Virus record (IMG/VR): IMGVR_UViG_3300008448_000014
Location: 49,910 to 113,909 of that record
DNA from: a virus
Reading direction: 5' to 3' (one strand)
DNA length: 64,000 bases
A program made the translations under genes and the position numbers. The notes under the pieces were generated by a model. That model saw only the letters and a list, made by a program, of their open reading frames with translations. It made no database searches and was not told where the DNA came from. This document shows, piece by piece, positions 48,097-60,000 of the stretch (position 1 is its first letter; each line of letters begins with the position of its first letter).

Positions 48097-51000
48097 ATGC
48101 CAATTTTTGATAATGAACTTTTAAATAATAATTCTGATAGAAACTATGATACTGGTATTGATAGACCTTTAGGTTCTGCAGATATAGGAGAAGTAAATGT
48201 AAACTTAGATATGTCAACAGGTGCATCTTCTGGATTTGGTGTAGCATTTAAAGATTTAGCAAAGTTGGGACAAGCTCCAACTTCTACAGGATTTGATGCT
48301 CCTTTTCAGATGGTTCCTAGAAGTGAGCTGATGGCTAATCAACGTTACCCATTATATGAGAGGGGTCTTGATCTTGAAAACGTATATGGACTACAACAAT
48401 CAGGACTTGCACAATTAGGAAATGGGTTAGTTAAAATGGGGGCATTTGCATTAGGTACATTTGGACAATCATTTGCTACAATTCCTAATACATTTTCTGC
48501 TATTAAAAATGGAAGTTTATCAGATTTATCAAATCCTGATGGATATGAAGCTTCTATAGATGATTGGATGAAAAATGTAGAAGACTACTTTCCAAATTAT
48601 GTAACAAATTATGAAAGATCAAGAGGACTTGCTACAGCTATTCCTTTTACATATGGATCAGCTAACTTCTGGGGAGATAAAATTTTAAAGAACTCAGGGT
48701 TTATGGTGGGTGCAATTGCAGGTGCAGTTGCTCAAGATTTTGCTATTGGTGCTGTTACAGAAGGAGTGGGTGCAGTTCCATTAGTTGCTGTTCAATTAGG
48801 AAAAGCTTCTTTATATTTAAATAAATTATTTTCAGGTGCTAATAAAGTTGATAGAGTGCTAGATCTTGCTAGAGCTACTGGTAAATCTGAACAAACATTA
48901 TTGAACATTGAAAGACTTGGACAACTTGCTGCTGCTACAAAATTAAATAATGGATTTAGATATGGAATGTCTATATATGGTTCTGCAAGAACAGAAGCAG
49001 CTATTGAATCAAGAGAATCTTATAGAACAATAAAAGAAGAACTTACAGAACAATATAAGTTAGATAACTTTGGTGATGAACCTACACCAGAAGCAATTCA
49101 ACAAATAGAAGAATATGCTACAGATGCAATGAATGCTAGATTTGGTATTAACATGGCATTACTCACTGTTTCCAACGCTGTACAGTTTGGTAATTTATTT
49201 AAATCATTTACAGGAGCACAAAAAGGTGTTACATCTTCTTCATTAAATGAATTTGGATCTGCTGGTAAAATAGGACTTAAAGAAGGAACACTTGATACAT
49301 TTGAAAAGAAACTTCCTCAAACATTTTCTGGTAAAGCTTGGGAGTTTGCAAAACCAAAAGCAATTAATATATTTACAGAAGGTGTTTACGAAGAAGGTGG
49401 ACAGTTTGCTGCACAAAAAGGTGTAGAAGATTATTACACAAGAAAATACAAAACAGGAAAAGAAAGTTGGGATTTTGTAAAAGAAGCAATGTATTCTACA
49501 AACAAAGGTTTGTCAGAACAGTTTGGTTCTTCTGAAGGTATAGAAAGCATGGTGATTGGTGCTATTACAGCTGCTATTACTGGACCTGTTGTAGATAGAA
49601 TTACAGGCAAATCAAAAGCAGATAATCAAAGACTTAATAGTACACTTAACATATTAAATCAATATGGAATGACAGGTGTGCTTTCTGATAAGTATGAAAA
49701 TACATCAAGAAGTGTTGAGATAGCAAAACAGATGAATGAAGCTGTTAATTCTGGAAACATCTTTAAATTTAAAAATTTAAAAGCTGACATGTTCTTTGGA
49801 TTTGTAAACTCTCGTATTCCTATAGGAATGCATGATGTTACAATTGAACAATTACAAATGTTGAAAGATCTTCCTAAGGCAGAATTTGAAAAAACATTTG
49901 GAATGGATTTTAATAGTTCAAATCAGTCTACTGTTAGTGGATATGTTGATGCATTAATAACAAAAGCTAATAACATTAATGATATAACAACATCTTTAAA
50001 TTCTACATTTAACAATCCTTATAATAGAATTATAGATCCTAAAACAGTAGAAGAAAAAAATGAAGGTAGAAAATATACAATGTTTGAGAGCTGGAAAACA
50101 GATCTTGCACATCTATCTTACATTCAACAAGATTCTAATCAAAGAATTACAGACATACAAACATCTATATCACAAGTAAATCCTCTTCTTACAAATAATC
50201 TTTTAACATTAGCTTCTAGTGAAAAAGGATTAAAAGAGTTAAGTAATTCTTATGAGCAAAAAGCAAATATGTTAAGTGAATCTCTTGCTAATCTTTCTCC
50301 TGTTGAGAGAACATCTAAACGTGAAGAGATTAAAAAACTTAGAACGCTATCTGAAAAAATAAGCATTTCTTTAAATTCTAATAAAATTGATGATCCAAAA
50401 TTATTTAATGAGTTAATTAATTTTGAATTAAACAATCAAGATTTTTCTCAATCAAATGCTTTAAGAATTGATGAAACTTCAAATCTTGCAACATATGCTG
50501 AAGACTTAAATAAAATAATAGATAGAAGAGAAAAAGCTGCTACACAGTTTGAAGATCTTTCTACAGAGAAAGGATTTGATAAATATTTTGCACAGGAAGA
50601 AGAAATTCAGAAAGAGAAAGAAGAAGAAGGACAACAATCATTATTTCCTCAAGATGAAAAGTTTGGATTTTTAAATAAATCTGGTAAAAAAGAAACAGCA
50701 GAAGTTGGTAGAGAATATCAGATTCCTAATATGTCTCCTGCTAAAGTCAGAAAAACAGGTGAACAATTTAAAGTGACATCACCTACAGGTGAAGTTAAAT
50801 ACTATGATACTAGAGAAGAAGCTAAGCAAGCTGCTGATGATCTTAATGTAGATTTTTCAGAACTAACCACTGTAAAAGTGATAGCTTTAAATGAAGATGG
50901 TACAATTAAAGTGGAAGACTTAGCTGGCAATATTCAAAACATTAATCTATCTACACTAAAAGGGTATGAAAGATTACAAACAGAAGAAGAAAAACTAGCA

Positions 51001-54000
51001 AAGGATAAAGAAACTCTTGATAGAGAATTAGAACAATTAGCACCTACAGGAGGATCTGTACAATCTATTTCTCCTACACCAGGAGAGTTTATTGGTACAG
51101 ATAATAAAGCTAAAGATGTTGATATAGTGTTCTTAGCTACAACATCTCCTTCTGAAGATACAGGAGGTGCTGAAACTAATAATCTTCCTCATATAAAAAG
51201 AGCTAGAACATTTTTAAATAATTTTAAATTCTTTAAGAATAGAAATAAAATAAAAACAATTATTGTCACTCCTAGTAATGTAAATGAATTAGGGTTAGAA
51301 GGACTTATACAACTTTCTTATAATAAAAACATAACTGATGAATTAACAGAAGATGAAACTAATGTTGAAACAGGGTTTATGGCTCAAGTGTTTATTATAC
51401 AAACACCTGAAGGGAACTTCTTTGTTAATGATAAAGGAGAGAAGTTAAATAAAATAGGAGAATCATCATCTACAATACTTGATAATGTTGTATTTCAAAC
51501 AATGACTTCTGCTAGTTTAGTTACAGAAGGAGGGTATACAAAAATTAGAAAAGGACAAGAAGAACAAGCTGATATAGCATTAGAAGCATATAAAATATTT
51601 AGACAAGAGCTGTTTGGACAAACTGGTTATACACCTTATCCATTTGCTATATCAAGAGGTATACCAAATCAAAATGTAGTTAATGGTGTATATGAAGACA
51701 ATCACATGTCTGATATACTTGGACCAAATGCAGAAAGAATAATAGCTGAACATAATGGATTGATTGAAGTTGTTACTACTGGTCAAGTAGAAAACAATGG
51801 AGAACTATTATCTTTTCCTGTAGGAACAACATTAATTAGATTTGGGGATTTGTTAGACTTTGCAAATAATAAAGTGTTAACTAACAAACAAGCTAATAAT
51901 GTATTCCATGTAATAAATGCAATGGCTAAAGATTTAATTGCTAAATCTAGTACAGCTAAAGCAGGTAAACCTGATTATGGATATATTACATTCTTAAAGA
52001 ATGTTTTATATTTTAAATTTAAAGGAAACCCAACTACTCCTAGTCAAATAAGTATTGACACTACAACAATGAATTTTAGAATAGGAAATAAATCTTTTCC
52101 TTTTTCTGAAATTGAAACTAGAAAACAAGAATTAATGGATGCTTTACAAGAAGCATTTATTAGTGTTAACAATAAAACCCTAACTGACTTAGGAACATCT
52201 AAAGAGTTTACAGAGTATGTAGCTGATAAAGATGGAAACTTAACAAAAGTTGTATGGGCAAATTATCAATCATTTTTATTATCTAGTAAAAATCCTGATG
52301 GTTCTACAAGATCTGTAGGAGAAACTCCTTTGATTACACATACATCTAAACCAACAGAAAATACAAATTCATATAAGCAAAAGTATTCCTATATAACAGA
52401 TACAGATATACTACCATATGATAGAGTTCCTGTTAAAGAAGTTAAACCAACTCCTACACAATCTCCAAATAAAATTGGAGAATATGAAGTTAATACATCT
52501 ACTGCTCAAACATTTCCTATTAACTCAGGACCAATATTGTTTACAGCAACATTATCTCCTGAAGGAGAAATTGCTGTCACTGTACAAAGCAATCAAACAA
52601 TCTCTGATCTTTCTACAGACCCTATAAAGATTAAAACTATTGATAGCTCATTAAAAGCAAATTTATCTCCTGAAGAAATTCAAGAATTTGATAAAAAATC
52701 AAATGAAGATAAAGCTAAATTGTTTATTGGAGCAGCAATAACACAATCATTAAACAAAACATTAGCAGAACAACAAACTACTCCTGCAGTAGAAGAAGTT
52801 GTACAACCAATGGCTCCACCAGAAGTTGTAGCTCAACAAGATATAGAAGCTAAGAAAGCTGATATAGAAAAAAGAAGACAAGAAGAATTAATATCTGCTG
52901 TAACTACTCTTATATCTTATGAAGATTTTACAAAAACTAAACCTAAAGAAGTTATAGTTAATAATTTTGATGTATATCAATATGATAAATATTTAAAAAA
53001 GTATGTATTAGTTGGTGCAGTTTCTTCAACAGATACAAGCTTAGAAAGTATTGCAGCAAGAGAAGAAGGAGCTAAAGATGTAGACTTTTTTAAAGATAAG
53101 TCTTTAAAGCTTGATACAGTAAGCTTTTTTTGGGCTGAGAGAACAACTGGAAGAAGTCCAATTACTAGATTAACTAACTATAAACAACGTACAAAACAAG
53201 GAAGAATAGATGAAAGAGTTGGTCAATTATTGGTAGATATCAATGCTAAATATGATGTAGAACTAGCTGCTTTAGAAGAAACTAAACCTGTAGAAGATGC
53301 CCCATATGATCCTTCTAAGAAAAAAAGAAGAGGGGAAGCTCCTGAGTTTAGAATGGTAGGAGCAGCAGATGTTTCTGATAGAATGACTGATGCTGATTTT
53401 GAAGCATTCAAACAATGGCATGCAGAAAAAGTTCCTTTCATTCCTTTTGAAGATCTTGAAAGAATGGTTAATGTGAATGACACTGAAGAAGCTTGGGGTG
53501 TATTTGAAAATGGTATAGCTAAGTTTGTAAGAGGTGGATTAAGAGGTACAGAGTATCATGAAATTGGTCATGGTATATGGACTATGTTGTCTACTGCAGA
53601 ACAAGAAGCTTTATTAAATGAATTTAGATCTAAACCTGGTACATTTACAGATAGAGCGTCTGGTAAGAAGATAGAGCATATAGATGCTACAGATACTCAA
53701 GCTGAAGAAAGAATATGGGATGACTTCTCTGATTTTAGACTTGGTAAACTTCCAGCTAGATCATTAGGAGAAAGAATTCGTAGATTATTTAAAATGGTTA
53801 TGGACTTCTTTAAATCATTTGGAAGTAAACCATCATTGAAAAATGAATTGTTTGAAGCAATTGAAGCTGGTAGATTTAAAGAAACAAAACTATCAGAAAG
53901 AGCTAAGACCATGGCTCCTAAATATAGAGCAATAGAAGGATTAACAGAAGAGCAAACTAACAACTATATCAATGATATGGTATTTCAAGTTAGTCGTATT

Positions 54001-57000
54001 ATATTTAGAGAAGGAAATAAAGATGCTTTATTTAATCCTGAACAATTGACAGGTGAACAAGTATTTAATCAAGTTAGAGAGAACTATGAAGAGCTTGGTG
54101 AAATAGATGCATTAGGAGAAAAGAGATATAATGAACTTGTTAAGAGAACTATTAATTCAATAAGAACAAGAGGTATATCATTTAACGCTGATGAGGTGGT
54201 AACTATAAATGATGAAAATGCTAATTCAAGAGATTATGCTCCAGAAGCTTTTTCTGTAGACTGGAAAAAACATTCTACAGGAGCTCTTAAGTTTTTACTA
54301 TCTACATTAGCAGAAAGAAAAGCATTAAATCAAACTAATGTTGAAAAATTAACACCATTAAAACCTGCTGCATATAATTTATCTAATGAAGGATTTAAAA
54401 TATTAAACTTTAATAGAGTGTTTGCTACATTGTTAGATAGACTACATAATACAAACAGTCCTGAAGAGTTTACTAAAAAGTTTATACAATTAGCAAAAGA
54501 AGATTCAAACTATCTTGCTTTGTTTGTATCATTAGGAGGTAATACAGTTACACATGAATTTGATTTTCCTAACTTTGGAGAGTCAGACTGGAAACTATTT
54601 ATACAATTTTTTAATACATTCTCTAGACAAAAACCAGAAGCATTAATTCAATATACCTCTGAAGAAGGAGATATATACACAGGCCCTGCAAATCTATTCA
54701 CAACAGTTAAACAAACTACTGAAGGATGGATTGATAACATGCGTACTATTGGTAAAGGTGAAGGTGGATTAATTAATTACGATAAAGCTAATAAAGTATA
54801 TAAAATAAACACTGTAAAAATTAAAGATTTATCTGTTAAAAAATCTACAGATCAAATTAAATTTTTAAATGAATTAGGTATAGAATTTAATCAAGGTACT
54901 TATAATGCTCTTAGTAATAAAGAAGCTATTATAAAAGGAGAAACAACTACAGAGGTAAAAGAATTTAATAAAGCTGTATCTAAAATATATACACAACTAG
55001 GAAAGAATAATGACTTAATGACATTTGATGCTAAAAGACTAGCTATTAATGGACCATTAAGAACATTAGCTGAATTATATACAAGAGTTAATAATCCTAA
55101 TCAAGATTCTACATATTTTGGTGTAGAGGGGCAACGCATTGGTTCATTCTCTGAAAACAATGCTCCTTCTTATTTTGAGAATACATTTAATGAGTCTAAC
55201 ACATTAACAGAGCTTTTAGAAAAAATGCCTCAATTAAATGATGTATATTCTAGAGGAAGTGAAATATTAAAACCAGGAGGATTATTTTTTGATAAAGATG
55301 GTAATAGAATAGCTGAACTTAAAGTTGGATATATACAAGGAAGTAAAAATCAATTAGATGGTACAGCAAAAACTACATCTAGATTATCTAGAGGACAAAG
55401 ATTTGTACAAGAAATAAATCAAAATATAAATGGTAATTACTATGTACTTATTCCTGGGGATAGTTCTACAGAGTGGATGATGAACTTAGGAAATGTCATT
55501 TCAATGGATGATGTATTAGATGGTAAGCATTGGGATAAAGTATATAGTATATATAACAACTATTTAAATGATGAAATTAATTTAGCATTATCAGATAGAA
55601 CACAAAACATTTATCAAAGAGCTAAGTCTAAAGAACTTAGAATAATGAAAGATGTACTTCCAGAAAAAATTGTTGAGAAAATAGAATCAATGATTGATAA
55701 TGGAAAAACTTACGATGCTATACAAGAATACATTTCTGATAATAGAACAGATATAAATTCTTCTATAAAAGATTTTATTGATGATATGTCAAAAGAAACA
55801 ATTGATATATTATTAAACTCTAGCCAAATTATAATGGTTGGAGAAAATGAATATGTTATTAATAAGTTTGATACAGAATTCTTAAAAAAATATAATTTAA
55901 ATGATAAAATAACTTTTGATGAGTTAATGAATGTTATAAACTTTGTTAACATTAATTATCAAATAAACAATCAAGAATATCACAAAGTATTATTTGGAGA
56001 TCCTTATCAGTTTAAAACTGCTAAAGGAAAACTAGATGAAACAAAACGTATTAAATCTTTCTTATCTCCTAGAAGAAGAACATTTAATATGACAGAATAT
56101 AATAACTTTTTAAATGATCAATATAACTCTATAGATGGTATTGAACTAGAAGAAGGTGTTCCAGGAAGTCATAAGTATAAATCATATACTAATACTGTAA
56201 CACTTAACACTGTAGAGATTGTTGGTAGTATTGCAACACTTCCTAATGTTCCTGAAAATATAAAAAGTACATTTGCTAAAACAGATGAAACAGATGCAAT
56301 GTCTTGGTTGATGGATAATACACATAAAGAAATTGCTCTTAAAGAAGGACAATGGACAGAACAAGCTGAGGCATTTCATCAATGGCATATGGCTTACACT
56401 AGAAGAGCATTTGATAAAAAAGGGATTAAAGCATACACAAGTGAACAATTAAAAGCAAAAGATGCTAAATTGTTAGAATCTCCTATACCTAAACATAAAC
56501 TTGCTGTAAGAAAACCTATTGTATCTGGTAACAAGTTTAACAAAACAGAAATAGATCTTGTATTAGATAAAACATCTCAGATTCCTTTATATTACAACAT
56601 GGTTGAAGGTACTAATTTAGAGAACATGTATATTCAAATGTTTAATCAAAACATTGGATATAGTATTGTTACAACTGGTAGAAAAGTAGGAGCTGAAGGA
56701 TTACATAATATATATAATAGTGATGGTACATTTAATACAGAACAATTTAATAATGTAATAGAAGTTCCTTGGATAGCGTATGGTACACAAGTGGAAACTA
56801 TGTCTGAAGGAGATAAAACCCAAACAAGAGGTTCTCAACTTACAAAATTAGCTAGCTCTGATTTATATAAAAATGGAGAAGCTATTACTGAAGAAGGTAA
56901 ACAAGCATATGAAAGAAACAATAAAGCATTAGATATGCTTAATGAGAATGCATATAATGAATTATTAAATAAGCTTGGTGTTGTAGATCTTGGAAATACA

Positions 57001-60000
57001 TATGCTCTTGAGAACAAACAAATAATATCAGAAACTCTTATGTATGAAATGATGCGTAGAGACCTTTCTGAAAATGCTATTGATACAATTCAATTAAATG
57101 AAAATGGTGAGTTTATTATGCCATTTGAAGCTTCTCCTTCTTATACACAAATAAAAAACATTCTTTATTCTATGGTGAATAAAGCATTAATTTCTCCTTC
57201 AATGAGTGGTGCTCCACATGTACAGGTTCCTGTAACAATGTTTGAAAAAGCTACAGAAGGAAGAAGTTTTGCTAGAAAAACTGATACAGGTTGGGAGAAG
57301 ATTTCTAAAGCTCAATATAAAGCTCTTACAGAAGAAGAAAAGAAATCTGTTATGCTTACAGATGATACACTTAAATTTTATGAGAATAAAGATGGCAAAC
57401 GCTATTGTGAAGTGATGCTTCCTCATTGGTTTAAGAATAAGTTTGGAGATATGACAGATAAAGAAATATTATCTTACTTAAATACTTCTGAAGGCCAAAA
57501 AATATTAACTGGTATAGGATTTAGAATACCAACACAATCTCTCTCTTCTATAGAAGTATTTAGAGTTAAAGGATTTCTTCCACAGTATATGGGATATACA
57601 GTTGTTGTTCCTTCTGAAATAACTACTAAAGCTGGATCTGACTTTGATATTGATAAATTAAACATGTATCTTAAATCTATATACACTGATAGAAATGGAA
57701 ATGTTAAATTAGTTAAATGGCAAGGAACAGAACAAGCTACAAAAGATTTCTTTGCAAAGGTATATGATGAATCAACAGAAAGAAAAGCTTTAAAGAAAGC
57801 AGAGCTTATAGAAGCTATTGATATATTAGTATATGGACTAGAAGACACTAAAGGATTATTAAACAAATATGGAGAGTATATTCTTTCTATACAAGATAAA
57901 TACGAAGATCCTTTTATGTTTAGAGCTGAAATGGAAAAAGAATTAGATAGATTAAATGATGCTAATCTAAATGCTGAACTAAGACAATCTTACATAAATA
58001 CAATGTATAAGAAATCTCTTGAGAATGAATACTATGATTCATTAGAAGAACTTCTTACACTTGAAGAAAACTTCAATAAACTTATTAGTCCTGTAGATGA
58101 TGCTGGTCTTGAAAAAATGTCTGAAGTATTAGATAGTGCTAGAGGATATAATGAATCTAGTGTTAAAGGAAGACTTATTAATAGAAATTACATGACTAAT
58201 TTACGTCATGCATTTATTACTGGTAAAAGATGGGTTGGTATTGCTGCTGTTAATATTACAAATCTTTCATTGAGACAGAAAAGTAAAGTGTATTTAAACC
58301 CTGCTAAACTTTCTTCTTTATCTGCACAAGAACGTAAGTTTGTACAAGACTTATCAATTGTTCTTCCACATAATAAAGTGAATATTGAGGGACAACAATA
58401 TGTTTCTTTATCTGGAACAAAAACTTCTGATGATAGTCAATTTATTTCAGAAAGATTATCTGGGTATGCTACAGCATTTGTGGATATTGCAAACAAACCT
58501 TTTATTACTAAGATTATAAAGAGTGATATAGTAGTTTCTACATTTATGTTTTTAGAATCTATAGGTGCTGGTAATTCAGGAATATATTTCTTAAATCAAC
58601 CTATTATAGAAAAGTATTTAGAATACTTAGATGGTATAGGATCAAAAAGTGTTATGGGAAAAGATAATCTTGCTTATATAAGAAACATGTTCCCTACAAC
58701 AGAAAAAGCAATAGAAGATGCTAGTATATCTGTAGAAGGATTATTAGATAATATAAAAGAATATTCTGAAAAAGGTGAGTTTTATAGTAACGCTAAATAT
58801 GCTGAACAACAATTAATATTGAATGAGTTTATTAAATACAAAATATTAGCAGATCAGTTATTTAGTTATACACAAGCTACAAACTATGATACAACAAAGT
58901 TTGGCAGTTCAGATTTATATTTCAAAAAACAATTAGGAACAATTGCTGCAAGTAATTTTAATTTGATTTCTAATGTTGATGATGTATTAAAAAATACATT
59001 TATAGGAAAGCAATCTGAGTTATTAGGAAAATCATTCAATGCTTTTGGAGCAATAATGAAAACAGAAGATCCTAAAATAAAAGCATACATGATTGATACT
59101 CTTAAGAAATATGCTTCAAGAAAATACATGTCTGCAGATGATTATATGAAGATTGCTAATTTGATTAACAATTCTTTTATAGATTACATTATACAGAACG
59201 ATAGAACTTATTACAATTTGATTAAGCCAGACCTTGTAGATTCTGCAACAGCTGTTGTAACTAAACTAGAACAAGCTAAACAAAAATATCCTTCTATAAA
59301 ACTATTACAAGACCTTGTTCCTGTACTTAGTAATAGAGAAGATGGAGCTAAATCTATTCAATTGAAAGCAAACGTCAAAGATGCATATAGTGAAAACTTA
59401 TATGTAGGAATGATGAGAGAGTTAAGAGATATTAATCCAGAACTTAATAGTCTATATAATAATATTATTAATGTTGCTATATTACAAGGAACTGCACAAT
59501 CAGCTATATCTTTAAGAAATATTATTCCTGTAGAAGATTATGCTGCTAAGATTACTCCTATTATAAATAATCTTCAACCAAACATAAACTTAGAATCTTT
59601 TTCTAATGGAATGTTTGAAAGAAATAATTTTAATAACAAAGATGTATTTATGGATTATACTCCTTTTGCTAATCCTTCACAAAGAGAAGCAGATGAAATA
59701 CTTAATCCTAATACAGGAGAAACTGAAATATTATATTATATACCAGCATTTAAACAAACAAAAGGTTCACAAAAAGGATTGCTAGTTTTAAATGATAAAT
59801 ACAATTCATTTCAATTAAGCTCTGATTTTATTAAAGTTCCTAAAGTTATAACAGCTAGAGATGGAAGTAAAGTTAATATAGCTACAAGAAGTGAAGTTAC
59901 AGCTAGAGATTATGCATTAATGAAACAAAAAGGTTCACAAGATCTTTATGATGCATACTATTATAAAAAAGTGTATACAACTAATATGGATGAGTTTGGC

